DNA of 64,000 bases from Nitrospirota bacterium (GCA_963845245.1 CAWJRJ010000017.1:192001-256000), one strand, 5' to 3'; numbered from the stretch's first letter, positions 9,180 to 20,149 are shown. Notes: generated by a model not told the origin, from the sequence alone. A program made the numbers and translations.

Positions 9180-11342
9180 TTATACATCCGAAAAGGAAAG
9201 TATCTGCCGTATTTTTTTTAGGAGAGGTTCAATATATTCCCTTTCAGGGATGAAAGCCTCCTTGCTGAGAGTTATGGTCGTAATGTTCCTGTCCATAAGC
9301 GGCAACTCGGTAATCAGAATTATAGGTGTCCGGGATATCGGCGCGCACCGCCTCAGCTCGGTCAGCATTTTCCGCCATGAGCCTCCAGTATGTGTAATGT
9401 CCAGGAATATGAGAGAGGGTTTCTCCCTGCAACAGGTATCCACGCCCACGGATTCGTCCGCGAGTATGACAGTGTGGTTTTCTTCGCCAAGCATTAGTTG
9501 GAGCGTCCTTCCCTCGATACGGTCATGGCCGATGCTTATGAACGGGCCCTTACCCTTCGGTGATACAGCCTCGACAGCACTCATGAGTTCAAAGCGGTCG
9601 ATAGGCTTTGACAGAAAACCATTAACCGCCAGCTGCAGGCCGTGTTTCGGGTCGACCAGGAGTGAGGCCACAATTACCGGAATTGGCGGGGTATTTTGTA
9701 TTGAGCTGAATTTCTTGTATAGGTTCGCGTCATTATCCGGATAGTCAATAATGCCTGATAATACGATGTTTGGGCTCCAATAACTAGCTATTTCGAGCGC
9801 GGATTTCCCGGACACCGCACCTTCAGTTTTATATCCCAGCTCTTCAAGCTTCGCTCTCAGAAACTGGCGGACCACGATGTCTTGTTCAAGGACGAGGATA
9901 ATGTCTTGTTCTCTTCTGGATACAACGGGAGGTAGTTGTGCCTCGGGTTTATCCCGTTGAGGCAGTACAAACTCTTCGAGGTCGATTGGCAGTGTGAATG
10001 AGAATGTGCTGCCCTTCCCGATCTCGCTGTCCACCCATATCTTACCGCCATGGTACTCTACTATATTCTTAGAGATGGTCAATCCCAGGCCCGAGCCCTT
10101 GGGCCGGCCGGCGAGGTTGTCGGCGACCCGGTAAAACTCATCGAATATTAAGTCCCGTTCTTCCGGGAATATCCCTTCTCCGGTATCGCTAACCGACACC
10201 TGCAGGAACTCCCTGTCTTTTATTGCAGTCACGGTTATGCCGCCATGAGAGGTGAACTTTATAGCGTTATTCAGGAGGTTCACCAAAACAAGGGGGATTT
10301 GTAGTTTGTCGCCCTTGACTACGGGAAGAGGTTCGTCGGGCTGCGCGAACTCAAGGTAGAGCCCCTTTTCCGTGGCCATGGGTTTTAGGGATTTTATCCT
10401 ATCAGTTATCACCTTAGCCATGTCAACCTTCACATGGTGGTGCTCGATCGTGCCGGACTCTATTTTAGCAAGGTCCAATAAGTCGTTTATGAACTGGGTG
10501 AGGTGTTCTGATTCCTTGATTATTATCTCCAGGAACTCCTTCTGCGTGTTCCTGTCAAGGTCATCGTAGTTAAAGAGTATTTCGGAGAATGAGCGCATTG
10601 AAGCAAGCGGGGTCTTGAATTCGTGGGTGACGTTTGAGAAGAAGGACGTTTTCTTCTTGTCAAGGTTTTTGAGGTGTTCGTGAGCCTCAGTTAGGGCTTC
10701 AAGTGCTGCCTGCAGGTTCTGGGTCTTGAGGTGCAGCGCGTTTTGTAATGCGTGGAAAGTGGATGAAGTCGCCTGTTGTAACTGGTGCTCCCTCTGTATC
10801 TGCGCCGCGAGCATCACCGAAGGCCAGCCTACGCCGAATATCAGTGCGAAATTCATCAAGGACATTCGTGCGTATTCACTAGTACCAATCGATGTAAGCT
10901 TGTGAGGCTCCAGCGCCGGCATGAGCAGAAAGACCAATGCATAAATCAGAAGAAACCACTTTAGTCTTTTCTCGCCCATCCGGGATACTGTCAGGTATAA
11001 ATAGGGAAGGCCATAGAATTTTATAGGATTTTCCGCACCCCCTGTGAAATAGCAGAGCACTACGATGTATAAAAGGTCGCCTGTCAATGCGATGTCCGGA
11101 ATGATGGTATACTTCCGGCTCAGATATATGATGGCGAGGTTGAATAGAAGCGTCAAAGCCAGTACAACGTTAACAGGGAGCAGGTTCTGTCGCTGGACTA
11201 CAAAGAAATTGACAGTCAGAAAGACCAGTAACAGCAGCAGTAGCCGAAGGCCCTCCTCTTGCGGATAAAGTTTGTTTCCGCTTTCAGCAGGGAGGTTTGG
11301 GAGCGCATCAAAACTTTCGTTGATTTTCGTGTCGTTATTCAA
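9180..11342 (-). CDS. Membrane-bound hybrid sensor histidine kinase with degenerate C-terminal REC domains
   Basis: 5-6 N-terminal TM helices; [11 protein letters not shown]-box; [32 protein letters not shown]. Confidence 0.92.
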   Translation of the reverse strand: MNNDTKINESFDALPNLPAESGNKLYPQEEGLRLLLLLLVFLTVNFFVVQRQNLLPVNVVLALTLLFNLAIIYLSRKYTIIPDIALTGDLLYIVVLCYFTGGAENPIKFYGLPYLYLTVSRMGEKRLKWFLLIYALVFLLMPALEPHKLTSIGTSEYARMSLMNFALIFGVGWPSVMLAAQIQREHQLQQATSSTFHALQNALHLKTQNLQAALEALTEAHEHLKNLDKKKTSFFSNVTHEFKTPLASMRSFSEILFNYDDLDRNTQKEFLEIIIKESEHLTQFINDLLDLAKIESGTIEHHHVKVDMAKVITDRIKSLKPMATEKGLYLEFAQPDEPLPVVKGDKLQIPLVLVNLLNNAIKFTSHGGITVTAIKDREFLQVSVSDTGEGIFPEERDLIFDEFYRVADNLAGRPKGSGLGLTISKNIVEYHGGKIWVDSEIGKGSTFSFTLPIDLEEFVLPQRDKPEAQLPPVVSRREQDIILVLEQDIVVRQFLRAKLEELGYKTEGAVSGKSALEIASYWSPNIVLSGIIDYPDNDANLYKKFSSIQNTPPIPVIVASLLVDPKHGLQLAVNGFLSKPIDRFELMSAVEAVSPKGKGPFISIGHDRIEGRTLQLMLGEENHTVILADESVGVDTCCREKPSLIFLDITHTGGSWRKMLTELRRCAPISRTPIILITELPLMDRNITTITLSKEAFIPEREYIEPLLKKIRQILSFSDV

Positions 11343-11745
11343 TGTTATTTTTTGAAGGCAGTTCCGTGGTCCCCAGGAAATGCTCTTTCAGCCTGCATGC
11401 CACTTCCACCGGCGAAAACGGTTTTGTTATGTATTCGTCCGCGCCTTCAAGGTAGCCCTTGTAACGGTCCACATCCTGGCCTTTGCATGTCAGTATAATG
11501 ATATAGGGCATGCGTTCCCTGTATTTAGGGTCGTTTCTGAGGGCATGGCAGACCTCAAAGCCGTCCTTTTTGGGCATAGTCAGGTCAAGAAACACTACAT
11601 CGGGGTTGAACTCTTCGAACTTCCTCAAGGCTTCCTCGCCGTCTGCCGCGCTTTCGACGTCGTAACCTTCCTTGCGCAGTACGAAAGAAAGCGAACGTAC
11701 CATGTATGGTTCATCGTCAGCAATGAGCACCGTTCTGTTAAGCAT
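11335..11745 (-). CDS. Single-domain response regulator
   Basis: [31 protein letters not shown]. Confidence 0.92.
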   Translation of the reverse strand: MLNRTVLIADDEPYMVRSLSFVLRKEGYDVESAADGEEALRKFEEFNPDVVFLDLTMPKKDGFEVCHALRNDPKYRERMPYIIILTCKGQDVDRYKGYLEGADEYITKPFSPVEVACRLKEHFLGTTELPSKNNIE

Positions 11746-11747
11746 GC

Positions 11748-13679
11748 TTAAGCCTCGCTTCTGTCATGCATTGCCGATGATTTTAGCCCGGAAACCGACT
11801 TATAAATCTTTGCGTCCCTGAATAGCTGTACAATATGCTGGTCGAGTTTGCCTTCCGATGCCTCCATCTCAAGTATGAACAATGCCTTTTCCGTGGATAC
11901 CGACTTCTTGTACGGCCTGTCCCAGGCGGTCAGAGCGTCGAAGACATCCGCAACCGCCATTATACGAGACTGCAGCGGTATCTCGTCCTGCTTAAGCCTC
12001 CTTGGATAACCGCTTCCATCCAGCCTTTCGTGGTGCGAATAGACTATTTTGTTTATATCCGGGAAGTTCGCAGTCCAGGGTATTTTGGAGAGGATTTTAT
12101 AGCTGTGGGTAACGTGCATCTCTATTTCGTGGCGCTCCGCCGGAGTAAGCGAACCTTTAAGCACGTGCAGGTAGCCAAACTCCTCCTGTGTGAGGTAGGG
12201 GTGGAGCACGCCATCGGGCCCGTTGTAGTTCTTTTCAGCAACCTCAGATAGTCCGGCAAGCTCCGGTAGATCCGTAATGAGCACCCTGGGGTCGTTCGCG
12301 AGTTCAATAAGCTTCTGGTATTTGTCCAGTTTTTCAAGTTCAAGCGCCAGCGTGGAGTCAATCTCATCGACAGCGTTTACGTAGGCTTCATTCCCTTCGC
12401 GCAGGAGTATGTCGTGTTTTTTATCGAGTGCCCCGAGCCTTGTCAACAGCCGGATATAGTTGAACCGGTAACGGACTTCATCTATCCCGCCGTATGGCAG
12501 CTTGGACTCTTTCAGCAACACGGACTCACGTACTGCTATCTTTCCGAAGTCGTGCAGGAGTCCTGCGTAGTGCAGCTCGATCAATTGTTCACGGGTGAAC
12601 GTAATCCCTCTAAAGGACGGCAGGTCGGATTCAGAGATCTTCTTTGCCAGCTCGACAGACAGGGTTGCCACGCGGTTCGAATGGCCGGCTCCCGTAGGGT
12701 CTCTATATTCAACTGCGGTAACCGCGGCGTCTATGAATCCTTCGAAAAGTCCTTTGATATCGGAGAATAGTTGTGCGTTCTTAATCGCTATGGCAGCTAC
12801 GGATGATATCGCGGATATCAGCTTTTCCTCGCGGGAGTTGAACTCGTCGCCGTTTCTCTTATCGACAGCGGAGATCATGCCGATGACGCTTCCTTCCGCC
12901 ACGAGCGGGACGGCAATGATCCTCCTGATGGGAAAAGGCCAGGGTTTGTGGTGCCTGGACTCCTCAACTTCGCATACAATTACGGAACGGTGTTCTGTAT
13001 ATGCCTGCCCTATAAGCCCTTCTTCGAGCGCGGGGGAAAAACCCAAAGCCAGATTCTCATGTGCGCCACACGCAAGGACGGTACGGAATACTCCAGCCTT
13101 GAAGTCCGCGAGCTGAAGGATTATATCCGTCGGGTCAAGGATTTTTTTTGCCTCGTCCATCACAATTCGACATATCTCACCAACTTCAACCTTCGCGCCC
13201 AGCCGCGCGGTCAGTCCGTAGATGAGTGCAAGCTCCTCGTAGACCCGTACCACCTCTCCGGACAGGCTTTCCACGTCAACGCCCGCCTCTGCGAGGCTCT
13301 CGAGGTGGGATACTGACAATGAAAGGAGAGGCAAGGCCTGGTCGCCTGCGTCGTTTAAGCACGCAGAGAGGTACCCGAGCTTCTGGTCCTTGTAATGGAC
13401 AGGGGCGGCCATCAGATGCAACCCTTCACCAAGTGCAAGCCCCATAGGCCCGTCGCCTATCACATCAATGACTTTGTCCCAGGCATCAGGAGGCCAGGGA
13501 TGCCCTCCGCTAATAGAGCCTACATCAGACTTCGGGTACGACTCCATTACCGTTGTACCCAAAACGTCAAGCACCCTCAGAGGCGCCTTCAAGAACATAG
13601 AAGTCGTGTTAAGGTAGCTGATAAGCCTGTCTCTCGGGATCAGGTCGATGAGCGTTAAGCTTTTCGAAGCTTTGTCCAT
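11748..13679 (-). CDS. GAF + HD-GYP cyclic-dinucleotide phosphodiesterase (PocR-like N-terminus)
   Basis: IIAVPL..IGMI..FNSREE GAF; GHSNRVA, LHDFGKI, HHERLDGSGYP, VADVFDALT..RPYK. Confidence 0.9.
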   Translation of the reverse strand: MDKASKSLTLIDLIPRDRLISYLNTTSMFLKAPLRVLDVLGTTVMESYPKSDVGSISGGHPWPPDAWDKVIDVIGDGPMGLALGEGLHLMAAPVHYKDQKLGYLSACLNDAGDQALPLLSLSVSHLESLAEAGVDVESLSGEVVRVYEELALIYGLTARLGAKVEVGEICRIVMDEAKKILDPTDIILQLADFKAGVFRTVLACGAHENLALGFSPALEEGLIGQAYTEHRSVIVCEVEESRHHKPWPFPIRRIIAVPLVAEGSVIGMISAVDKRNGDEFNSREEKLISAISSVAAIAIKNAQLFSDIKGLFEGFIDAAVTAVEYRDPTGAGHSNRVATLSVELAKKISESDLPSFRGITFTREQLIELHYAGLLHDFGKIAVRESVLLKESKLPYGGIDEVRYRFNYIRLLTRLGALDKKHDILLREGNEAYVNAVDEIDSTLALELEKLDKYQKLIELANDPRVLITDLPELAGLSEVAEKNYNGPDGVLHPYLTQEEFGYLHVLKGSLTPAERHEIEMHVTHSYKILSKIPWTANFPDINKIVYSHHERLDGSGYPRRLKQDEIPLQSRIMAVADVFDALTAWDRPYKKSVSTEKALFILEMEASEGKLDQHIVQLFRDAKIYKSVSGLKSSAMHDRSEA

Positions 13680-13851
13680 TACATTTAAATATAACAGAAC
13701 CCCTAAATATTACAAGGCTGTGCGGGTTTGTGCTTTTGGGTAAGGCTGAACAAGGCGGCAGATATGATACGGTATGAAACCGGCAGTAGCAAGGGGTCGG
13801 TGATGCTCGCACCGGCATCCAGATGGTTATTTTGTAAATCGGCTGAAAAGC

Positions 13852-13879
13852 AAAAAGGCGGCCTTAAAAAGGCCGCCTT
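13852..13879 (-). terminator. Terminator of tRNA-Glu
   Basis: AAGGCGGCCTT / AAGGCCGCCTT with T-run on the minus strand. Confidence 0.75.
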
Positions 13880-13887
13880 GTAGTATT

Positions 13888-13963
13888 TGGTGATCCCTAC
13901 GGGACTCGAACCCGTGTTTTCGGCGTGAGAGGCCAACGTCCTAGGCCGCTAGACGAAGGGACC
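13888..13963 (-). tRNA. tRNA-Glu(CTC)
   Basis: Reverse complement GGTCCCTTCGTCTAGCGGCCTAGGAC-TTGGC-CTCTCAC-GCCGA..GGTTCGAGTCCCGTAGGGATCACCA. Confidence 0.96.
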
Positions 13964-13978
13964 ATAAAGCGAGTAGAC

Positions 13979-14007
13979 AATGTAAAATATCAGCCGCCAA
14001 AAGTCAA
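13979..14007 (-). promoter_or_regulatory. Promoter of tRNA-Glu
   Basis: Minus strand TTGACT-N17-TACATT. Confidence 0.65.
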
Positions 14008-14049
14008 GATAAAAATCAAAAATGAAGGAAATACGGTTATTTATGCAAT

Positions 14050-14077
14050 AAAAAACCCTCCGTTGGGAGGGTCTTTT
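14050..14077 (-). terminator. Intrinsic terminator
   Basis: ACCCTCC/GGAGGGT stem flanked by A/T runs. Confidence 0.65.
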
Positions 14078-14096
14078 AGTATAGAGCCGCTTACGG

Positions 14097-14393
14097 CTAA
14101 GGCGCGCTTCTTTTAATGCCCTTGTTGCTCTTGGACGGATGGTATTTCCCGAAGAAATCGCCGCGGCTGTGCGGTCTGTTGATTTTGATGGGCAACGGGT
14201 ACGTAGTAGCCTTGTTGAGAGCATGCCAGGTCTGTTTTGCCAGGTTGATCAGCCTGTCCTGTGTACGGAGCAACTCCTTTACCTGTGCAGTCTTGGACTG
14301 CTCGTGCAGTTCCTTTTGGGCGACTTTCAGTTCGTCTATTTTCACTTTTACTGCATAGGGCTCCTCTGTTTTTTCTTTCTTGATCTTCTTCAT
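14097..14393 (-). CDS. Small basic hypothetical protein
   Basis: Strong SD (AGGAGGGG) before ATG, follows the usp gene, precedes a terminator. Confidence 0.6.
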   Translation of the reverse strand: MKKIKKEKTEEPYAVKVKIDELKVAQKELHEQSKTAQVKELLRTQDRLINLAKQTWHALNKATTYPLPIKINRPHSRGDFFGKYHPSKSNKGIKRSAP

Positions 14394-14430
14394 GGCCCCT
14401 CCTGTCTTGCTGCCGGCTTATGGCGGTATT

Positions 14431-14871
14431 CTATGCCTTCGCCTTTACGCATAGTACCGGGCATTCGGCCTTTTTTACCACTTTTTCCACTGCGGACCTG
14501 AAAACGAAGTCCATCCCGCTCTTGGCGTGAGTGCCCATCACAATCAGGTCGACGCCCTTCTCCTTGGCATAGTTGAGGATGACCTCTTCCGGCACGCCTT
14601 TGATGATTACGCGGTTCACCTTCTTGAAGTCCCGGAGTTCCTCGTAACAGCAGTGCTCCAGTTTCTTTGTAGCCTGAGCCTCCATCTCCTTGTAGAACTC
14701 GTCAAGCGAGGTATGGGGAACGTACCAGCCCCTGCCCTTACTGATATCGTCCAGGGCGAATAGCAGTGAGATTTCCGAATCGTACTGTTTGGCGAGCGCC
14801 TTTACGTAGTCAAGGGCCGCCGCCGAGCCTTCTGTAAAATCCGTGGGGTGAAGAATGTGCTTGATGTTCAT
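14431..14871 (-). CDS. Universal stress protein
   Basis: ILHPTDF..ALDY, GVPEEVILNYA..DLIVMGTH..AECPVLCV. Confidence 0.92.
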   Translation of the reverse strand: MNIKHILHPTDFTEGSAAALDYVKALAKQYDSEISLLFALDDISKGRGWYVPHTSLDEFYKEMEAQATKKLEHCCYEELRDFKKVNRVIIKGVPEEVILNYAKEKGVDLIVMGTHAKSGMDFVFRSAVEKVVKKAECPVLCVKAKA

Positions 14872-15099
14872 GACGTCCCCCTCCTTAATGATATTTATGA
14901 ATTAATACCTCTATTTAAAGCTTATATCGCACAAGCCGTTATGTCAACAGTTTTGCGATTTTAATCCAAATATTAGCCTACGCGGGGCGCAGGTTTAACT
15001 TATGCCGTTGTAAAGTCGTTTTTTTTAAAAATAGGTTGCCAACATTGCAGAAGTAGTATATATTCACGGCAAGTCTTTATACCTTTACGGGTAAGCAGC

Positions 15100-15819
15100 A
15101 TGTCTGAAAAAAAGAGTATTTTGATCGTCGATGACAGCCAGGTAGCCCTTCTGAGCCTGTGTACGCTCATGAGGAGGATGGGGTTTGGCATCATCCCCGC
15201 CGAAAGCGGTCTTGAGGCTATGAAGCTCCTCAGGCTCAAGACGCCAGACCTGGTCCTGCTTGATGTCAACATGCCGATGGTTGACGGTGTCAAGACCCTC
15301 AAGCACATAAAAGATACCGCACCGAATGTCCCTGTTGTTATGCTCTCAGGCATCGACGACAGCGCAACGGTCGCGCAGTGCAAGGCGCTCGGCTGTTCCG
15401 ACTACCTCCCCAAACCCTTCAATGTACGTGAACTCCACGGCATGCTCCAGGAATGGATCTACCGGCCTGTAGGCTGGAAGAGACGGCATCTGAGGGTGGA
15501 CCATGTAATGCGCGCTAATGTTCTTTACAATGGCATGCTCTACGGCCTGAACTCCGAGACAATTTCCGAGGGCGGCATATACATCAAGAAAGAAGTGCCC
15601 CTGCCCGTCGGTTCTGAGGTCGAGGTCTCGTTTGAAGTAGGGAATGGGAAGGCTCTCAACCTGAACGGCCGCGTGATATATATACGCGTCTTCAACACCT
15701 ACGAACCTGACATCTCACCCGGCATGGCCATAGAGTTCATCGACATGAATGAGGGCGAGGCGCTTACGCTGAGCCAGCACGTTTCAGGCATCATGAATCA
15801 GTGCCTCACGTTCAACTAA
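15100..15819 (+). CDS. Response regulator with C-terminal PilZ domain
   Basis: REC (IVDDS, LLDVNMP, KPF); RRHLR (RxxxR), ISEGGIYI, GMAIEF. Confidence 0.85.
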   Translation: MSEKKSILIVDDSQVALLSLCTLMRRMGFGIIPAESGLEAMKLLRLKTPDLVLLDVNMPMVDGVKTLKHIKDTAPNVPVVMLSGIDDSATVAQCKALGCSDYLPKPFNVRELHGMLQEWIYRPVGWKRRHLRVDHVMRANVLYNGMLYGLNSETISEGGIYIKKEVPLPVGSEVEVSFEVGNGKALNLNGRVIYIRVFNTYEPDISPGMAIEFIDMNEGEALTLSQHVSGIMNQCLTFN

Positions 15820-15863
15820 TCGCCTCTTTCGTGCTTAATCCCGTATTATCCCCGGTTTAATCC

Positions 15864-17027
15864 TCAAAAGTGCTTGTCCTTGTCCGTGGCTTTTCCCCCG
15901 GCGGCTGAGTTGCCAGTAATCTTCCGCTCCCACGCGCTAGTCTGCCAGTTGTCGCTGCGGGTGGATGCTGGCATCCACGGCGGAAGCTCCAGTTGGAATC
16001 GTTTCGATAGAGCATAGACGTACGGCTCGTACATCTGCCTCAGTTCCGTAAGTTTCAGGTCGGCCTCATCCCCGGTTTGAAGGCGAAGGCCAGAGGCGGA
16101 AAGCATCGTGCGCAGTTCCGTCAACTCCGCTTCCGGCAACCGGTCACGCCGAGGTTTCAACGGCGGTACGCGGAATACCAATGAGAGGTCCACGACCGCA
16201 TGTCGGGCTATGGCGAACGTCAGCTCCGCCTGGCGCTTGCAGGCGCCTTCCAGCCCGGCCATTATCAATGTGCATGTGTCCATTACAGCTGTCAGCGCGG
16301 ACAGCCAGGACTGGTTGTCGTGCTGGGAACGGAAATAGGCGAGCACCGGGTATGAAAGGTGGCTCTCCATAAGCTCCGCCGACCACTGCTCCCACTCGAA
16401 AAGCACCTGGCGCAGTGCCTCCATACCGTGCTCGTGGCCGTGGCGAACAAGCATCTCGGCGGCGGTGGGCGGTGTGCCCGCGCGCGCGTCGAGCAGGGAT
16501 ATCCTCGTCTCGCGCCGGGAGAAAGACTGGTTAAGCGCTGGCAGGTATCCGATGACGATTGCAAGGAACCCCAGGCCCAGGCCCGCTTCGGCCACGGTAA
16601 GGAACCGCCCGGTCGTGGTGCGCGGGGTGACGTCGCCGATGCCCAGCGTGAAGAAGTTGGTGCCGCTCAGGTAGAGGTCGGTGAAGAATCCGGGAGGTAT
16701 CCCTGGGGTGTTCAAGGCCGAGCCTGCGGCCATGTACAGAAATGCGAAGCCTATTATCAGTATGGTTGCCCAGAGGCCGAGCAGGAAGAACAGCGAGAGC
16801 GGGCCGAAGAAGCTCAGCCAGGTCTCAAGCTTCTTGCCCGAGAAGAACCTGTTCCCGATTGCGCGCCACGGGTGCCAGACGCCCAGATAGAAGGTGCGGG
16901 TCAACCTGAACCGTCTGGTGACGCGACGCGGCAGCACAATCGTCTCGAAACCTTCCCAAAGGATGAGAACGATAAGACCAACCCCGATTATAGCCTCTAC
17001 AATCGCCACAATCGCCTCCGTGACCAT
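15864..17027 (-). CDS. Potassium channel family protein
   Basis: LYLSGTNFFTLGIGDVTP pore motif between TM helices; ESHLSYPVLAYFRSQH. Confidence 0.85.
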   Translation of the reverse strand: MVTEAIVAIVEAIIGVGLIVLILWEGFETIVLPRRVTRRFRLTRTFYLGVWHPWRAIGNRFFSGKKLETWLSFFGPLSLFFLLGLWATILIIGFAFLYMAAGSALNTPGIPPGFFTDLYLSGTNFFTLGIGDVTPRTTTGRFLTVAEAGLGLGFLAIVIGYLPALNQSFSRRETRISLLDARAGTPPTAAEMLVRHGHEHGMEALRQVLFEWEQWSAELMESHLSYPVLAYFRSQHDNQSWLSALTAVMDTCTLIMAGLEGACKRQAELTFAIARHAVVDLSLVFRVPPLKPRRDRLPEAELTELRTMLSASGLRLQTGDEADLKLTELRQMYEPYVYALSKRFQLELPPWMPASTRSDNWQTSAWERKITGNSAAGGKATDKDKHF

Positions 17028-17039
17028 CAACAGACTTAT

Positions 17040-17414
17040 CTATATTGTACCATCTGTACGTTTCTGACGTCTCTGGCGCAGGTACAGCCACGCGTTGAAG
17101 CCGCACAGTCCGACCGTCATGGCGGCGATAGCCATGTCGGATACGTTCAGGTAGATTATCTTGTCCAGGTAGTGGGAGATGAATGAGCCGGAGTATGTTG
17201 CGGCAGGAGAACTTTTGGATGTGAGCCATACTTCAAGGTCGGTGAGGGGGCAGTAAAATCCGAATACGTTTATGACAAAGGCGAAGGCCAGACCGCCGAT
17301 ATGCACATACTTAACCGCCCTGTGCTTCCTCCCCCATATCCCTCCGAATATCAGGAAGAGGATCCAGAGAAAGTGGGTTAGGACCGTCAGGTCGGCGAGG
17401 AACTTGTAGGCCAT
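17040..17414 (-). CDS. DUF2784 membrane protein
   Basis: LADLTVLTHFLWILF..H..CPLTDLEVWL..YSGSFISHYL. Confidence 0.85.
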   Translation of the reverse strand: MAYKFLADLTVLTHFLWILFLIFGGIWGRKHRAVKYVHIGGLAFAFVINVFGFYCPLTDLEVWLTSKSSPAATYSGSFISHYLDKIIYLNVSDMAIAAMTVGLCGFNAWLYLRQRRQKRTDGTI

Positions 17415-17448
17415 ACAAGGATTATATCATTACTGAGGGTTTATCCCT

Positions 17449-17784
17449 TTACAAGTAGTCCTTGCGTATCGGCGACCATGCGTCCACCGCACGGCATGGC
17501 TTCTCGGCAGTGAACGCACGATGCGGGACGTTGGACGGTATTGCGACCACGTCGCCCTTCTTGAGGGTCACGGTCTTCCCGCCATAGGAGAAGCAGAGCT
17601 CACCTTCGAGCACCATGGTTATCTGCTCCGCCTCGTGCGAGTGCTCGGGGAAGTCGGAGTCCGGCGCGATGTCGAAGTAGGTGAGCATGGTATTGGCGGT
17701 GCCCACGGCGAACATCTTTGCGCCCGGCAGGATTTCCTTCAATGGCAGGTCTTTTGGGTGGTAGAGTTTGATATCGTCAGACAC
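17449..17784 (-). CDS. Cupin domain protein
   Basis: PEHSHEAEQITMVLEG and IPSNVPH cupin motifs. Confidence 0.9.
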   Translation of the reverse strand: MSDDIKLYHPKDLPLKEILPGAKMFAVGTANTMLTYFDIAPDSDFPEHSHEAEQITMVLEGELCFSYGGKTVTLKKGDVVAIPSNVPHRAFTAEKPCRAVDAWSPIRKDYL

Positions 17785-17819
17785 GCTTGAACCTCTCTAT
17801 GTATTTTACCATCGGCATT

Positions 17820-18331
17820 CTATGCTTTTGCAAGCGTCAGGCAAAAAGGCAGGGTGTCCGAAAACGGTATGTTTATCGTGTCGGATTTTTTGGCGGTCTT
17901 CTTGATGGACATGATATGCGCAATGGTGTCGCGTGCGACCTGGTTGCACTCCTCCTCAAGCGCCTGTATCAACAGCATCCGTATAAGTTTGTCGTTCGTT
18001 ATGCCTATCTCAGCCTTCTGGTTTTCCCACCTTGATACGGACACCGGGTCTACGCCAAGCAGCGCTGCGAACTTCTTGGCATTAAGGCCCATTTCCTTCC
18101 TCAAGAACCTCACTTCGCTGCCATCCAGAGGCCCGCTTTTCCTTACAAGGTTGAGGGCTATCACCTTGTGGACTTCCTCGATGTTCTTTATCTCGCGGCA
18201 GCAAGCTCCCCACATGACGGGCATTCATGGACATCAATACCCTTCAGGATAATGTTATCAAGCCCGGATTCGGTATACCGGTAATCCTTCTTGCTCTTTT
18301 TTAGTTTGCTTCCGCACGTCGGGCAAAGCAT
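17820..18331 (-). CDS. MqsA-family antitoxin (Zn ribbon + XRE HTH); frameshift near 18200
   Basis: MLCPTCG..YRYTESGLDNIILKGIDVHECPSCGE joins EVRFLRKEMGLNAKKFAALLGVDPVSVSRWEN. Confidence 0.85.
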
Positions 18332-18349
18332 TGTTCAGCCCTTTCCAAT

Positions 18350-18652
18350 TTAGTTCATAACCGTGACGATCACGACCTTTTGCTCTTCATCATATATCGA
18401 AACCGGAACCTTTAGCTTGACTCCGTCCAGTGTGAGCCCTTCTATCGTATATATCCACTTGCCGGTCTTTATGTGAGGCTCCGGTTCACCCGGAATCCTG
18501 CCGGTTTTAATCACATGGAGGACATCCCGGACGTCTACGCCGCGTTCAAGCATCCTCTTCTTGTAATGCCCTGAAAGCACCAGGCCACCGCCGTCCTTTA
18601 TAATCGTTTGGACGACCTTCAAGGCCTGCCGGGTGGAATATTTAGTATCCAT
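18350..18652 (-). CDS. DUF4258 / RelE-like toxin
   Basis: SGHYKKRMLERGV..DVLHVIKTG..WIYTIEG..VIVTV; directly upstream of the MqsA-like gene. Confidence 0.8.
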   Translation of the reverse strand: MDTKYSTRQALKVVQTIIKDGGGLVLSGHYKKRMLERGVDVRDVLHVIKTGRIPGEPEPHIKTGKWIYTIEGLTLDGVKLKVPVSIYDEEQKVVIVTVMN

Positions 18653-18655
18653 CAA

Positions 18656-18685
18656 AATATTAACATAATGTTAATTTACTTTCAA
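18656..18685 (-). promoter_or_regulatory. TA promoter with palindromic operator
   Basis: Minus strand TTGAAA-N17-TAATAT; ATTAACAT-A-ATGTTAAT at 18659-18675. Confidence 0.65.
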
Positions 18686-18708
18686 TTCAATTTTTTGGCT
18701 TGAACCGC

Positions 18709-20019
18709 TCAATGTCCTTTCACCTTCGGGAAAGTCCTCCCGCCGAACACCTTGAACACCATGTTGGAGCCTGGGTTTATCATCCACGAAGGCGTGGAGC
18801 CCCAGAGGCGCTTCTGAAGATGTTCGGGAAGGTGTGGAACTCGCGGAACATCCACCAGTAGCCCTCCTGAAGGTCCTTCACGCTCATCTTCGTCGGCTGG
18901 TATACGACGGTCGAGATGTCGTAATGCTCCCAGTCGAAGTCGAAGATGCGGCCCTCGGCCTTGAACCTTTCATGGAGTCGCGTGCCGGGGAAGGGCGTGA
19001 CGACCGTGAGGAACGCGGCGTCGAGCTTCACCTTCTGGCCGAAGTCGAGGAACTTCTGGAAGACGGACGTGGTCGTCGTGGTCGAACCCGAACATGAAGC
19101 AGCCGTGTATGGAGATGCCGTGGTCGTGCAGCTTCTTCACGGTGGTCGCGTACTTCTCCACGATGTTGTGGCCCTTGTCTATGCCTTCCAGCGACTCCTG
19201 GTTCAGGGAGTCGAAGCCGACGAAAAGCACCTTGCAGCCGGACTGCTCCAGCTTGTCCAGTACCTCGTCGTCGTCCGCGACCGAGTTGGTGCTCTGCGCG
19301 TACCAGTTCAGCTTGTACGGCGTTATGTCGTCGCACATCCGCATCAGGAACTTGCGGTTGGCCACGATGTTGTCGTCGCAGAAGAAGACCTCGTTGCCGC
19401 GGAAGCGGTTCCGGTCCATCGCCTCGATCTCTTTTATCACCTGCTCGTGCGACTTGTGGCGGTATGAGCGTCCGAAGAACTGGGTCACGGTGCAGAACTC
19501 GCAGTTGTACGGGCAGCCGCGCGTGGTCTGGATGATGTTCGGCAGGAAGAAGCCCTTGCCCTTGTAATAGTCGAGCCTGGGGATGGGCGATTCGGTGATG
19601 AGGTCTATCTGGCCTTCGTTCTGGTAGAACTTCTTCGTCTGGCCCTTCTGGAAGTCATGCAAGAGCTGCTGCCAGGTGCGTTCACCCTCGCCGATTATAA
19701 TCGAGTCGAAATGCTCCGCGGCCTCTTTCGGCGCCATCGTCGCGTGTATGCCGCCCATGGCCGTGAAGACGCCGCGCTTCTTGAACTCCGCCGCGATCTC
19801 GTATGCGCGTCTCGATACCGGGGTCATGCCGGTCATGCCGACAATGTCCACCGGGTCGTCGTAGTTTATCGGGCCCTTCTCGTCGTAGATTATCTCGACT
19901 TCGTGTTCTGAAGGGGTGAGCGCCGCGACGGTGGCAAGGGAGAGAGACGGGATGCCGGAGCCGAGTTTGCCCCAGAGTGAGGTCTTGGGCCAGGCTGGCA
20001 TGATGAGCTTTATCTTCAT
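18709..20019 (-). CDS. B12-binding radical SAM enzyme; frameshifts near 19070 and 18810
   Basis: SLATVAALTP, GGIHAT, IGEGE, RGCPYNCEFC, FCDDNI, FMFGFDHD, TPFPGT. Confidence 0.9.
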
Positions 20020-20099
20020 GCTTTCCTCCAGGGTTGCATGCATGGAAATATCAGTAGGGATTATGATAAGGATAAAGGGGTAGGCAAGTCAATAAAATA

Positions 20100-20123
20100 A
20101 AAGGGGACGTTTCCGTCCCCTTT
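20100..20123 (-). terminator. Intrinsic terminator
   Basis: AAAGGGGACG / CGTCCCCTTT. Confidence 0.75.
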
Positions 20124-20149
20124 AGGCTTGTTTCTAAACCGTGCAGGTC

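Noticed and set aside
13680..13850. Second riboswitch in the HD-GYP leader
   Set aside because: No GEMM or other recognisable aptamer motif on the minus strand
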